This document shows, in pieces, positions 9,975 to 20,742 of a stretch of DNA of 43,874 nucleotides. Made by a program: the position numbers and the translations under genes. The notes beneath the pieces are model-generated. The model saw nothing but the letters and a program-made list of their open reading frames with translations. It was not told the DNA's origin and ran no database searches. Each line of letters starts with the position of its first letter. The stretch's first letter is position 1. The DNA is taken from positions 1 to 43,874 of the forward strand of contig CAZOHS010000006.1 of assembly GCA_964579285.1 (NCBI GenBank), written 5' to 3'. The DNA is from an uncultured Rhodospirillaceae bacterium. GTDB lineage: Bacteria > Pseudomonadota > Alphaproteobacteria > MPNO01 > UBA830.

Positions 9975-10853
9975 ATGGCGGCGATGAAACCAAATGAACG
10001 TACGCCATTCTCGGCAATAGACGATCGACCACCGCTACGCCTCCCTTCCGGGGATCGATTAATTATTTGGCCGCTTATGTCTCTCGAGGTATGGAATATT
10101 GATCGCGCGATGGCGCGCACTATCCTGCCACCGCCACAACACCAAACGCTAATTCCCGACATACCCAACTGGTCGTGGCATGAATACGGCATGCGCGTCG
10201 GTTTCTGGAGACTACGGAAACTATTCGCAGAACTAAATCTAACGGGCACGGTCACAATGAATGGCCGAGTTTGCGCAGAGTACCCACGGGTAGTCGAGGC
10301 CTGTCTAGAATTGGGATGGGAATGCAATGCGCACGCGTTTGAACAAATACCCATGCACAACGTTGAAAACCAGGAAGAAAATATCCGTAAAACAGTAAAC
10401 GCAATCGAAGAGTTCACAGGATACCGGCCACGAGGCTGGTTTGGGCCAGGGTTAACCGAAACTTTCGAAACATTAGATTATTTGAAAAAAGCCGGCTTTG
10501 AGTACATCGGTGACTGGGCGTTTGATGACCAGCCAGTACCTCTCAAAACCGAGCATGGCGAAATTATCTCACTGCCATACAACTTTGAGATACACGATAT
10601 CGTGGTGTCATTAATCCAAAATCAAAGATCCCATGTTTACAAGGAGCGTGCGATTGACTATTTCGACACACTTTATGAAGAAGCGTCTGGTAGCGTCAGG
10701 ATCATGTCGTTTGCAGTACATCCATATATTTCTGGCTCCCCACATCGCATCCGCTACGTAAGGGAACTTCTTGAATATATGCTTGAAAAGCCTGGTGTCG
10801 TGGTAATGACTGGAGAACAAATTCTTGACTGGTATATGTCCGAAAAAACCTAG
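9975..10853 (+). CDS. Polysaccharide deacetylase (CE4) family, PuuE/allantoinase-like hydrolase
   Basis: EYG.RVGFWR, H-x3 metal region (NAHAFEQ), RPRGWFGPG, LPY and HPYISG patterns; no signal peptide. Substrate unknown. Confidence 0.8.
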   Translation: MAAMKPNERTPFSAIDDRPPLRLPSGDRLIIWPLMSLEVWNIDRAMARTILPPPQHQTLIPDIPNWSWHEYGMRVGFWRLRKLFAELNLTGTVTMNGRVCAEYPRVVEACLELGWECNAHAFEQIPMHNVENQEENIRKTVNAIEEFTGYRPRGWFGPGLTETFETLDYLKKAGFEYIGDWAFDDQPVPLKTEHGEIISLPYNFEIHDIVVSLIQNQRSHVYKERAIDYFDTLYEEASGSVRIMSFAVHPYISGSPHRIRYVRELLEYMLEKPGVVVMTGEQILDWYMSEKT

Positions 10854-10875
10854 TAGAAAGTTTGACGATTAAAGC

Positions 10876-11790
10876 CTACCACAAATCCTTAAACTGCGTC
10901 GCGACGACGTTATCAAAGGCTGGATCTCCAGATAAAAGTCCCATATCGCGAGAGAATACATTCATGCCGGCAACAAATTCCTCACTGATTGAAGGGTCGT
11001 AAAACGGAAGATCTCGTTCAACAACCTGAGCAATTAAAGCCGTTTCAGCTTCCGGAAAGCTCTTACGAGCAACTTCAGTCGTCAAGCTAAGATCCTTTTT
11101 TATTGCCTTTTGTACATTGATAATTGCCCGCACGGCCTGCGATACCGTTTCGGGATCATCCTTAATCAACCGTTCCGTGGTCACAAGCGCTGGTTGAGTA
11201 TAATTGAACGACGCGCTCGGACCGACACCGCGTCTTGGATCAAGAACGACGCTCCCGAAGCCACCGGTTACAGCAACTTCAGCTCCCATCCCGTTGGCCC
11301 AAAATGCATCAATCTTTTTGTTTTCAAGCGCTGCGGCGGCAGTGACGCCGAAAGATACGCCGGGCACAACAGTCCCCGGAATCGGCGCTATATTAACGTC
11401 ATTTTCAGCATCGATACCTTCTTCCGTTAGCAACCGCTTTAGCCCGATATCCACCCAAGGCGCCGCACCAATATTTAGGCCTTTTAGGGCTTCCGTATCG
11501 CCAAGCTCGATGTTTAAGTCTTTATTAGCAACAAGAAGCCAATACATTCCCTGAGACAGGGCACATACCAATCGGGCCCCCTCCCATTCCGGGAAAGCCG
11601 CTTGCGTAGCGTGAGCGGACCCCGCGACGAAGTCGACGGTACCATCCCGAAGAGCCTTGTAGGCATCGTCGACCGGGAAGATTAGTTCGTAGGTCATATC
11701 GAGTCCTTCCTGCTCGAAAAACCCAAGTTCCACAGCTGCGGGTGCTGGAAAGTAAGAATTTGAGATCAGATCAGGAACAGCAATTTTCAT
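10876..11790 (-). CDS. NMT1/THI5/SsuA-like type 2 periplasmic-binding-fold protein, lacking a signal peptide
   Basis: GFFEQEGLD, ALRDGTVDF, LKGLNIG and AALENKKIDAF patterns. The protein starts directly at the fold, 28 nt after the GST stop, with an AAGGA RBS. Confidence 0.75.
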   Translation of the reverse strand: MKIAVPDLISNSYFPAPAAVELGFFEQEGLDMTYELIFPVDDAYKALRDGTVDFVAGSAHATQAAFPEWEGARLVCALSQGMYWLLVANKDLNIELGDTEALKGLNIGAAPWVDIGLKRLLTEEGIDAENDVNIAPIPGTVVPGVSFGVTAAAALENKKIDAFWANGMGAEVAVTGGFGSVVLDPRRGVGPSASFNYTQPALVTTERLIKDDPETVSQAVRAIINVQKAIKKDLSLTTEVARKSFPEAETALIAQVVERDLPFYDPSISEEFVAGMNVFSRDMGLLSGDPAFDNVVATQFKDLW

Positions 11791-11818
11791 TTTATAGTTT
11801 CCTTAATATCGGTTGAAT

Positions 11819-12436
11819 TCATGCGAAATCGACACCTTTTTGCACGCCGGGCCGAGAGTGAATTTCGGCGTACCAGCGATCAACGTTACCGCACCCTTGC
11901 GTATATTCTGGCGTAACCGTCTTGGCCCTATAAACAACTGGATAAAATGCGAAATCTGCGATCGTCACTTCACCACCAGCGGCGAATTTCCGGTCTGCCA
12001 TCAAACCATCCCAATACTCGAGATAGCGGTTAAACCTCTTGCCAAATTCATCCATTGTTGGCTCGTGGGGTTCTTTCATACGGGTAATCGCCATCATTGA
12101 CGCCAGAACACCCGTCATATCAGTTGCGATACTATAAATATCGCGCCAGAAAATAGCATCCTTCGCGAGATGGGGAGGCATAAATTTTCCAGATTTTTCA
12201 GCCAAATAAGTCAAAATAGCGATGGATTGGCTCAACGTTAACGGCTTCCCGTCGGGCCCCTCATGATCGACTATAGTTGGTATAAGACCCATTGGATTAA
12301 TTTCAAGATAATCGGCCTTGAGTTGCGCTTGGACTGCAAGATCGACAGAGCGGAGGGTATAGGGGAGACCACATTCGTCAAGCATGATCTTAGCCCGTAA
12401 TCCGTTAGAAGTGGGCGCTGCATATAAATCGATCAT
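11819..12436 (-). CDS. Glutathione S-transferase (YfcG/Nu-class-like)
   Basis: MIDLYAAPTSNG, INPMGLIPTIVD, QSIAILTYLAEKSGK and TIAD motifs. Confidence 0.88.
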   Translation of the reverse strand: MIDLYAAPTSNGLRAKIMLDECGLPYTLRSVDLAVQAQLKADYLEINPMGLIPTIVDHEGPDGKPLTLSQSIAILTYLAEKSGKFMPPHLAKDAIFWRDIYSIATDMTGVLASMMAITRMKEPHEPTMDEFGKRFNRYLEYWDGLMADRKFAAGGEVTIADFAFYPVVYRAKTVTPEYTQGCGNVDRWYAEIHSRPGVQKGVDFA

Positions 12437-12481
12437 TTGACCTCACCTGAAAAATTAAAATCTAACTGTGATTAACACGTT

Positions 12482-14389
12482 TTACGGTTCCTCGTCACCG
12501 GTAGTCGTTGCTAGGATAGCGGACTCAAGTTGTTGCTGTATCGAAAGCCACGCCTCTTCCGACTCTAATAGTTTCTGGGATACCCACCCTATATCTTTTT
12601 GTAATTCAATAAGTAGTTTGGGATCCCCTTCATACAACTCGGGTTTTGCTAATTCTGCCTCAATTTCATCCTTTTGTTCCTCAAGTTTTTTCATGTTTTT
12701 TTCAATTCGTGCAATCTGTTTTCTCAAAGGCGCCTCCTGGCGTCTCTGGGCCGCTCCCTGCCGGCGCCCCTCTTGCTTATTATTTTTTCGGCTTTTAGAC
12801 CTTTCTGTATTTCGGGGCCGGACTTTGCCGCTTTCTAACAGCTGGATCCGATAATCTTCTAGATCGCCATCAAATATTGAGACACTTTCGTCGGCCACCT
12901 GCCAAAACCGGTCAGTTGTAAGATCGAGAACGAGCGGATCGTGGCTCACTATTACGACTGCACCAGAAAACCCGTTGATTGCTTGGATCAGCGCTTGCCG
13001 GGAATCCAAATCGAGGTGGTTCGTGGGCTCATCTAATAATAATATGTGTGGTTTATCACACGTCATTAACGCAAATAACAAACGGGCCTTTTCTCCACCC
13101 GAAAGGTTTCCAACTAATGTATCGGCGCGCTGTTTATCAAAGCCGAAACGGCCAAGATGAGCCCGTAATGTCTCTTCCGAGTCTGCCTCTCTTTTTCGTG
13201 AAAGCTCAACTAATGGCGTCGCAGTGCTATCAAGCTCTTCCGATTGGTGTTGTGCAAAATACCCAACCCTCAATTTTGGTGCTGTTACGAGTCGCCCAGT
13301 AAGTAATTCGAGCCGCCCTGCAAGTAACCTCAAAAGCGTTGATTTTCCGTTACCGTTAGCGCCGATTAATGCAATACGATCATCATCGTCAATGCGAAGG
13401 TTTAATTTTTCAAGTACCGCACAACCATTATAACCAGCAGACCCTTCACTGATACTATACAATGGAGGCGCAAGCGGTGGATCAAGATTGGGAAAATCGA
13501 ACGTAACCGAACGGCCACTGGCTTGCTCCGGTATCGGCTCCATCCGCGCTAGCATCTTCAGTCGTGACTGCGCTTGCCGAGCCTTCGTCGCTTTATATCG
13601 GAACTTATCGACAAATTTTTGAATATGGGCCCGCTGCGCATCTTGTTTTTCTCGCATGCGCTTGTTCTGTTCCAGGTGGGCGCGGCGGGTAGATTCAAAT
13701 TTATCATAGTTTCCGCGATACAACGTAAGCTTTTCATCATCCAGATGCAGTATTTCGTCGACCACTCTGTTCAAGAGGCTACGGTCATGACTTACAATCA
13801 AAACCGTTCCGTTATATTTCCGCAGATAATCTTCGAGCCAAATACCTGCCTCTAAATCTAAATGATTTGTTGGCTCGTCAAGCAGTAACAGCTCAGGTTC
13901 AGTGAACAAGAGGGAGGCGAGCATTACACGCATCCGCCAGCCCCCGGAAAACTCGTCGAGCTGACGCTGTTGCGCATTTTCCTGAAAACCCAAGCCAGCC
14001 AAGATCCGGGCGGCACGCGCAGGCGCACTACTGGCTTGTTTTTCGGCAAGTCGCTCGTGTACCCTTACGATGCGCTCTGGATCCGTTGAATAGTCCACCT
14101 CTCGTTGAAGACTTTGTAGCTCTTTATCCGCGGCGAGAACACAATTTAGGACCGTTTGCGCCCCTTCCGGCGCTTCCTGTTGTGTGACACCTATTCGCCA
14201 ACGTTCGGGTACTGACACCGAACCTGAATCCGGTTCTAATTGACCCACTATAAGTCGAAGAAGTGTGGTTTTACCGCTACCGTTAATGCCCACTAGTCCT
14301 ACGCGATGACCACGTGCAACAGCTGCTGTGGTATCGCTAAGTAAAAGGCGCGATCCGATGCGATAGCTAAGATTATTAATTTGGAGCAT
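12482..14389 (-). CDS. ABC-F family ATPase (YheS/Uup-like)
   Basis: Two ABC domains (GINGSGKTT, FSGGWRMR, LDEPTNHLD; GANGNGKST, LSGGEKAR), no TM segments, C-terminal coiled coil. Start set to ATG 14389 (MLQINNL). Confidence 0.93.
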   Translation of the reverse strand: MLQINNLSYRIGSRLLLSDTTAAVARGHRVGLVGINGSGKTTLLRLIVGQLEPDSGSVSVPERWRIGVTQQEAPEGAQTVLNCVLAADKELQSLQREVDYSTDPERIVRVHERLAEKQASSAPARAARILAGLGFQENAQQRQLDEFSGGWRMRVMLASLLFTEPELLLLDEPTNHLDLEAGIWLEDYLRKYNGTVLIVSHDRSLLNRVVDEILHLDDEKLTLYRGNYDKFESTRRAHLEQNKRMREKQDAQRAHIQKFVDKFRYKATKARQAQSRLKMLARMEPIPEQASGRSVTFDFPNLDPPLAPPLYSISEGSAGYNGCAVLEKLNLRIDDDDRIALIGANGNGKSTLLRLLAGRLELLTGRLVTAPKLRVGYFAQHQSEELDSTATPLVELSRKREADSEETLRAHLGRFGFDKQRADTLVGNLSGGEKARLLFALMTCDKPHILLLDEPTNHLDLDSRQALIQAINGFSGAVVIVSHDPLVLDLTTDRFWQVADESVSIFDGDLEDYRIQLLESGKVRPRNTERSKSRKNNKQEGRRQGAAQRRQEAPLRKQIARIEKNMKKLEEQKDEIEAELAKPELYEGDPKLLIELQKDIGWVSQKLLESEEAWLSIQQQLESAILATTTGDEEP

Positions 14390-14494
14390 GTTTGGTTTTT
14401 GACATTGCACACGCAAAAGGTACTGCGTCTCAGGTTACTCGATCTTTTTAGTCCCAGTGTAGGAAAAGTTAATATAGCAGAAACGGGTCTGTAC

Positions 14495-16189
14495 TCAGGC
14501 AGTTTTTGTTATCTCTAGTCCCAGGTCTTTAATCATCTGTTCCCGCATCATAAATTTTTGGATTTTTCCTGTTACAGTCATCGGGTATTCGCCAACAAAA
14601 CGTATGTATTTGGGGATTTTTTGATGCGCAATTTGACCGGAGCAGAAAGAAATTATCTCGTCCTCTTGTGCAGTTTCTCCTTCCTTAAGCTTGATCCATG
14701 CGCATAACTCTTCGCCATATTTCTGGTCCGGTACTCCGAATACTTGAACGTCAGCTATCTTAGGGAATTGAAACAGAAATTCTTCAATTTCGCGTGGATA
14801 TAAGTTTTCTCCGCCACGAATTACCATATCCTTGATACGACCCACAATATTGAAATATCCACTTTCATCCATCGTCGCGAGATCCCCAGTGTGCATCCAA
14901 CCACTGATATCAATGGCGTCGGAAGTGCGTTTCTCATCATTCCAGTAACCTCGCATTACCGAATAACCCCGCGTACATAATTCACCAGTTACGCCCGCTG
15001 GCACAATGAACCCTTCCGCATCAATAATTTTCACCTCGATGTGCGGTTGGACACGACCCACAGTAGATACTCGTCTAATGACGGGATCGTCTGTAGAGGT
15101 CTGGGTCGATACTGGGCTCGTCTCCGTCATTCCATAGGCTATGGTGACCTCCTCCATGTTCATTGTTTCTATTACTTCCCGCATCACCTGCATCGGACAC
15201 GGAGAACCCGCCATGATCCCGGTACGCAGAGTGGAAAGATCAAAGTTCGCGAAATCAGGATGCTGGAGTTGAGCAATAAACATAGTAGGAACGCCGTATA
15301 GGGCCGTACATTTTTCCCCTTCAACTGCCGCTAACGTAGCCAGCGGCTCGAAGCCTTCTCCAGGATAGATCGCAGCGGCGCCGTGAGTAACGGCTGCTAA
15401 GTTACCCATAACCATGCCAAAGCAATGATAAAGGGGAACAGGTATACATATCCGATCCACTTCACTCAGGCCTTGTGCTGCGCCAACAAAATAGCCGTTA
15501 TTAAGAATATTGTGATGCGTTAGGGTTGCACCTTTGGGGGCGCCGGTGGTGCCGCTGGTAAACTGGATATTGATAGGATCATCAAATTGAAGCGTTTTTG
15601 CAATTGCCTCGATAGCTTCATACCCCGCTCTTCTACCTCTTTCCAAAACCTCCTTGAAGGCAAACGTTCCCTGCGTTTCTTCGCCTCCAATTTTAATGAT
15701 GTAGCGCAGGTGGGGGAGCCGGGCTGATTGTAGCGGATCAGTATTTGGCCGATCAATCTCTGGTGCGAGTTCGCGGATCATTCCGATATAATCGCTATTT
15801 TTAAATGCAGATGCGGTCACCAAAGCCTCGCACTCGACCTTATTTAACGAATATTCGAGCTCCGCGCGCCGGAAGGCTGGATTAATAGTGACAAGGATTA
15901 ACCCTGCCTTAGCGGCGGCAAACTGCGTTATTACCCATTCCGCGCAGTTAGGGGCCCAGATACCAATTCGGCTGCGCGGTTTTAACCCGAGCTCTAGTAA
16001 TCCCGCCGCAAAGTTATCAACCCTGGCCTTCAGTTGCTCCCACGACCAGCGTACACCTTGATCGCACACAACTAACGCTTCGCGCGAACCCCAACGCGCC
16101 GCCGCAAAGTCGAATTGTTGACCAATTGTCACCCCTATGAGGGGCACCGCAGATGTACCGCTTGAGTAGCTTTTTTTAATGTTGGTCAT
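14495..16189 (-). CDS. Acyl-CoA synthetase (AMP-binding, ACSF2-like)
   Basis: [36 protein letters not shown] and TGKIQK motifs. Start is 16189 or 16207. Confidence 0.92.
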   Translation of the reverse strand: MTNIKKSYSSGTSAVPLIGVTIGQQFDFAAARWGSREALVVCDQGVRWSWEQLKARVDNFAAGLLELGLKPRSRIGIWAPNCAEWVITQFAAAKAGLILVTINPAFRRAELEYSLNKVECEALVTASAFKNSDYIGMIRELAPEIDRPNTDPLQSARLPHLRYIIKIGGEETQGTFAFKEVLERGRRAGYEAIEAIAKTLQFDDPINIQFTSGTTGAPKGATLTHHNILNNGYFVGAAQGLSEVDRICIPVPLYHCFGMVMGNLAAVTHGAAAIYPGEGFEPLATLAAVEGEKCTALYGVPTMFIAQLQHPDFANFDLSTLRTGIMAGSPCPMQVMREVIETMNMEEVTIAYGMTETSPVSTQTSTDDPVIRRVSTVGRVQPHIEVKIIDAEGFIVPAGVTGELCTRGYSVMRGYWNDEKRTSDAIDISGWMHTGDLATMDESGYFNIVGRIKDMVIRGGENLYPREIEEFLFQFPKIADVQVFGVPDQKYGEELCAWIKLKEGETAQEDEIISFCSGQIAHQKIPKYIRFVGEYPMTVTGKIQKFMMREQMIKDLGLEITKTA

Positions 16190-16310
16190 ATACACACCCT
16201 TATACAATCCCGTTGCCCGAAGAATATCGTCCGCGAAGCTATCGAATAACGTATTCTACGTTAGGCTCTTGCATCTGCATTGCCTTTACCTCAAAACCAG
16301 CATTCTCCAT

Positions 16311-17279
16311 TTATAAATTCAATAATCGACGCGCGTTACCATTCAATATTTTTACGCGATCATGGCGGCAAAACGTCATGCGTTCAGCCCATTCTGTGCC
16401 GGGCTGATTTTCCACAAACGGGTAATCAACAGAAAACATGATGCGGTCTACCCCCATCTCTTGTACAGCACACAGTAACGCTGGATTTGAAAAATTACCG
16501 CTCGTCGTAATATGAAAATGGCTCTCGAAAATCTCTCTAAATGAGCGCGCCTGAGAATTTTCGACCCTCGACAGGGCTTGGTTTACCCGCCACAACAAGT
16601 ACGGAAGTGTCTCGCCCATGTGTCCAAGGATCATTTGAAGGCCCGGGTAGGCATCAAACACCCCAGACAACACCATGCGTATAGCTTGTGTCGCCGTTTC
16701 AACAGTATACCCCCAACCCGCTGTGGCAAGAGCCGGAAAATCCTCGAGATAATCCTGATAATATGCTTCGACGACCTGCGGGTGGGGGTAAGCGGGATGC
16801 AAATATACCGGCACCTCTAATTTTTCCGCCCGCGCGTAAATCGGCCAATACTTTTGCTTATCGCAGAATTCGTTATTGGTTAGTCCGTGAATCATAGCGC
16901 CAACAAAACCTAATTCGCCAACACATCGCTCAAGTTCATCAGCGGACGCAACTGGGTCTGCGGTCGCGAGGGCTGCGAACGCAGCGAAACGGTCAGAGTG
17001 TGTTTGAACTGTCGCATGCAGATTATCGTTTACTTGACGCACAATCTCGGGACCGATTTGGGGATCGAGGCGTTGGGCGGACGGTGCACCGTGGCTTAAC
17101 ACCTGGATGTCTATGCCTGCCGCATCCATTTCACGCAACCGCAATTCATGAACGTCATAAAGGCGTTTAAGGAGCCCATCCCTTCTAGAGGCATTCCGAC
17201 CAACATAGGTGTCTGTTAAGACCGGATCCCAATAGTGCTCCTCCAAAGCAATAATTTCGATCCCCGTTTCTGTCGCCAT
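16311..17279 (-). CDS. Amidohydro_2 family, hydroxybenzoate (2,3-DHB/gamma-resorcylate-type) decarboxylase-like
   Basis: IIALEEH metal motif, VYLHP, GHMGETLP, ITTSGNFS and FSVDYPF are characteristic of the EEH decarboxylase subgroup. Confidence 0.82.
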   Translation of the reverse strand: MATETGIEIIALEEHYWDPVLTDTYVGRNASRRDGLLKRLYDVHELRLREMDAAGIDIQVLSHGAPSAQRLDPQIGPEIVRQVNDNLHATVQTHSDRFAAFAALATADPVASADELERCVGELGFVGAMIHGLTNNEFCDKQKYWPIYARAEKLEVPVYLHPAYPHPQVVEAYYQDYLEDFPALATAGWGYTVETATQAIRMVLSGVFDAYPGLQMILGHMGETLPYLLWRVNQALSRVENSQARSFREIFESHFHITTSGNFSNPALLCAVQEMGVDRIMFSVDYPFVENQPGTEWAERMTFCRHDRVKILNGNARRLLNL

Positions 17280-17379
17280 GATACTCTTCCTGTTTTCCCC
17301 ATATTAACAGATCCTATATCTCGACGGCATAGTGATATTAACGGTAGAGTTATCGCCAAAATTTTTTGCGGAGAAAAAA

Positions 17380-18330
17380 ATGGCTAAGACCGGGCGTATT
17401 GATGTTCACCACCACGTCCTACCGGAATTTTACATCGAAGCGCAGAAGGCGGCTGGGATCACTGGAACAGCATATCGCGGATTTCCAGACTGGACACCGC
17501 AGCATAGTCTATCGGTTATGGAGACCGAAGATATCGCAACCACCATACTGTCCTTTACTTCGCCGGGTATTTGGTTTGGGGAAATAGAGCAAACAAAGGC
17601 CTTGGCATCTCGATGCAATGATTACCTCGCTGACCTGGCTAGAGACCATCCTGGACAGTTTGGTGGTTTTGCTTTTTTGCCACTACCAGACATCGACGCC
17701 GCCCTCAACGAAACGGCGAGGGTCTTTGATGATCTCAACCTAGACGGCATCACACTTCTTACGAGTATCGACGACAAGTACATCGGTCATCCAGCTTTCG
17801 ATCCACTTTACGCAGAACTAAACCAGCGCAAAGCTATTGTATTTGTTCACCCCTGTTATCCACCTGGCACCGAGGCCGATGGGTGGGATATTCCGCGAAT
17901 GCTCATTGACTATCCTTTTGAAACTACGCGGGTCGCGGTGAATCTAATATTTAAGGGCGTAATGGAGAAATACCCTGATATACAATTTATTCTGTCTCAT
18001 TCTGGCGGCACACTGCCATTTTTAGCGCACCGCGTATCAATTTTTGACGACGCTACATCGTTTAAAGAAAATTATCCGGAGGGCGCACTCTCATATATCA
18101 AGCGGTTTTGGTTCGATACAGCTTTGTCCGGTAATGCCACGCCATTAGCCGGGTTATCATCTATTGCCGATCCCAACCGTATACTATTCGGGACAGATTT
18201 TCCCTATATTTCGGCTGAAAAGGTGACCACAGAAACTCAAGGCTTTGATGCCTGGGACGGATTATCAGGAGACACGCGGACGGCGATAAACCGAGGAAAT
18301 GCGGAACAATTATTTCCGCGATATGTATGA
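17380..18330 (+). CDS. Amidohydro_2 family decarboxylase-like protein (6-methylsalicylate decarboxylase-like subgroup)
   Basis: RIDVHHH, VFVHP, DYPFETTR, LSHSGGTLP and FGTDFP. Start set to ATG 17380 after a GGAG RBS. Confidence 0.82.
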   Translation: MAKTGRIDVHHHVLPEFYIEAQKAAGITGTAYRGFPDWTPQHSLSVMETEDIATTILSFTSPGIWFGEIEQTKALASRCNDYLADLARDHPGQFGGFAFLPLPDIDAALNETARVFDDLNLDGITLLTSIDDKYIGHPAFDPLYAELNQRKAIVFVHPCYPPGTEADGWDIPRMLIDYPFETTRVAVNLIFKGVMEKYPDIQFILSHSGGTLPFLAHRVSIFDDATSFKENYPEGALSYIKRFWFDTALSGNATPLAGLSSIADPNRILFGTDFPYISAEKVTTETQGFDAWDGLSGDTRTAINRGNAEQLFPRYV

Positions 18331-19060
18331 AGATGTTGAACATATGACCAAGCTGATAACATCCAAAACGCAGGACCGTGTGACGACCCTTAGCATAGAT
18401 CGCCCGGACAAAGGTAATCGCATAACCAATGAAATGGCTACGGCACTCGGAGAAGCTATCGATGAAGCTGGCAGGACAGGGTCAAAATTAATCGTTTTAC
18501 GAGGAACCGGTGACGTATTTTGTCTCGGACGCGATATGCAACCAGATGGAGAACAGGGTGTCGCCACCGATATCCGCGCCAATAATACGGAACCCGCGTT
18601 AAGGCTTTTCGCAAAATTCCAGGCGTGTCCTGCTACTATTGTCGGCGTGGTGCAGGGTAAAGCTATCGGCATGGGGTGCGCAATTGCCGCCCTTAGCGAC
18701 ATCACGGTCTCTGCGGAAAACGCAAAATATCAGATACCAGAAATGGGCCGCGATCTTCCGCCAACCATCGTAATGTGGGCGTTGGCCGATCGAATGCCGC
18801 GTAAAGCTATTGCTTACATGGTCTATTCGCGAGATCCAATCGATGCGGCGACAGCTCTGTCTTTTGGACTAATCAGTCGCATCGTTCCAGAGAAGGACCT
18901 AGAAACAGAGGTTCATCTATTAATCTCTAAACTATCGAAGAATTCTTTAGTCGCGCTTAACGCTGTTAAAACCTACATGCGATCAGCGCCACAAATGGAT
19001 CGGCAAGGTGCATCGGACTATTCGAGCAATCTACTTTCTAACGTATTGGCGTCGCGGTAA
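18323..19060 (+). CDS. Enoyl-CoA hydratase/isomerase (crotonase) family protein
   Basis: IDRPDKGNRI, FCLGRD, G.AIGMG, QIPE and A.SFGLIS crotonase patterns. Start is 18323 or 18344. Confidence 0.82.
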   Translation: MYEDVEHMTKLITSKTQDRVTTLSIDRPDKGNRITNEMATALGEAIDEAGRTGSKLIVLRGTGDVFCLGRDMQPDGEQGVATDIRANNTEPALRLFAKFQACPATIVGVVQGKAIGMGCAIAALSDITVSAENAKYQIPEMGRDLPPTIVMWALADRMPRKAIAYMVYSRDPIDAATALSFGLISRIVPEKDLETEVHLLISKLSKNSLVALNAVKTYMRSAPQMDRQGASDYSSNLLSNVLASR

Positions 19061-19070
19061 CGCTTCTGCG

Positions 19071-20720
19071 CTATGGCGTCTTTTCCGCGTCAAGCTTTGC
19101 CGCGATATCCTCAACCAAAATTTTCTTCGAAACCTTGCCAAACGGCGAAAGTGGAAAATCTTCCATCAGTTCGAGACGCTCCGGCAACTTGAAGCGAGCC
19201 AGTTCAAATGACTCAAGATGCTTTATTAATTCTTCTAGATCCAAGGTTTCCCCAACTGCTGGAATAATACAAGCACACATCTTTTCACCCAGTACTGGGT
19301 CCGGCATAGCCACGATGGCAACATTTTTAACTGCCGAATGCGTAAGTACGAGGTTTTCTATTTCCTCGGCTGAAATTTTTTCCCCGCCACGATTTATCAA
19401 ATCCTTTTTACGACCTTCCACCAGAAACGCACCTGACGGATGTTGTCGCATCAGGTCACCCGTCCGGTAGAAGCCATCAACTGTAAATGCTCGGGCGTTG
19501 TGTTCTGGCGTCCCAAAGTAACCTCGAAGGGTATAGGGTCCACGGCAACACATTTCGCCGACCTCCCCGAAAGGAACGACCCTGTCTTCCTCGTCAACAA
19601 TCCGCACTTCGTCGTCTTCACAAACGGGAAAACCGACAGTCTCCATACGAACCGATTCTTCGTGATGTTTTTCAGCAAAGAAAAGCATACCTTCCGCCAT
19701 GCCAAAATTTTCTTGTACAAATACATTTGGAACCAAATCGTACGTACGACGGCGAACTTCCGGCTGTAATCTTTGACCACCGGACTGAAAATATTCGAGC
19801 GAAGAAAGGTCATACTCTTCGATTTTTGGATCGTGAATCCATCGTATTAATAACGCCGGAACACAGTGAATATGCGTTACGCGGTGCTTTTCAATAAGTG
19901 GAAATAGTGCCTCACCTCGTGTGGTTTGACTGAAAACCACAGTGCCGCCCTTCATGAGAAAACCCTGCATGCCTGGGCACGCAAGGGGCAGGTTGTGGCC
20001 AATTGGCAGTATGTCCAGCAACACCTTATTCGGGCCCGTTTCGGTAGCCGCACATGCAAACTTGGTATTACAAATATAGTCGTTATGAGTTCTGGGAATG
20101 AGCTTGGGGATACCCGTGGTGCCTCCCGATAGCTGAAATACCGCTGGATCCTCAGGATCGATCTCTATTGCATCTATATCCGCTTGGGTTGCTTCTGGCT
20201 CACGTTCAAGTAGCTCAGAAAAAGTCACAAAGCCCTCTTGAGCCTGACCAAGAACGATGCCAACCTTCAAGCATTCATGCTCCTTAAGCAGTCTCTCCAC
20301 GAGTTCCGTAAAGGAGTAATCACGAGCCTTGGCAGGCACAATGCAGGCCTTGGCCTGGGCGATCTCAACAAATTGCGTCACCTCTAGATATCGATGAGTT
20401 GGCAAGGCCATGATTGGTATCACGCCAATCTTCTGCAATGCAAAATAAAGATACGAAAATTCAACTACGTTGGGCAAACAGACAACCACGCGATCAAGCG
20501 GCATAAAACCAAAATCAAGAAGGTTAAGCGCTACCCTTGTGGAACGTTCATCGAGTTCTTTGTAAGTGACGACACGTTCGCCATCTATAATCGCCGTCCT
20601 ATCAGCATATTCGGAAAACCATTCTCCGAAATGCGACGCAATACTGCGGTCTTCCCAATAACCTTTCTCGCGATACTTTTGCGCAAATTCAGGAGGATAT
20701 TTTACAACACCATCGAGCAT
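19071..20720 (-). CDS. Aryl-acid adenylating enzyme (DhbE/EntE 2,3-dihydroxybenzoate-AMP ligase-like)
   Basis: QLSGGTTGIPKLIPRTHNDY, LPIGHNLPLACPG, FGMAEG, GPYTLRGY and INRGGEKISAEE closely follow the DhbE/EntE signatures. Confidence 0.88.
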   Translation of the reverse strand: MLDGVVKYPPEFAQKYREKGYWEDRSIASHFGEWFSEYADRTAIIDGERVVTYKELDERSTRVALNLLDFGFMPLDRVVVCLPNVVEFSYLYFALQKIGVIPIMALPTHRYLEVTQFVEIAQAKACIVPAKARDYSFTELVERLLKEHECLKVGIVLGQAQEGFVTFSELLEREPEATQADIDAIEIDPEDPAVFQLSGGTTGIPKLIPRTHNDYICNTKFACAATETGPNKVLLDILPIGHNLPLACPGMQGFLMKGGTVVFSQTTRGEALFPLIEKHRVTHIHCVPALLIRWIHDPKIEEYDLSSLEYFQSGGQRLQPEVRRRTYDLVPNVFVQENFGMAEGMLFFAEKHHEESVRMETVGFPVCEDDEVRIVDEEDRVVPFGEVGEMCCRGPYTLRGYFGTPEHNARAFTVDGFYRTGDLMRQHPSGAFLVEGRKKDLINRGGEKISAEEIENLVLTHSAVKNVAIVAMPDPVLGEKMCACIIPAVGETLDLEELIKHLESFELARFKLPERLELMEDFPLSPFGKVSKKILVEDIAAKLDAEKTP

Positions 20721-20742
20721 CAGTTTTCCCTAGTCCAAGGAG

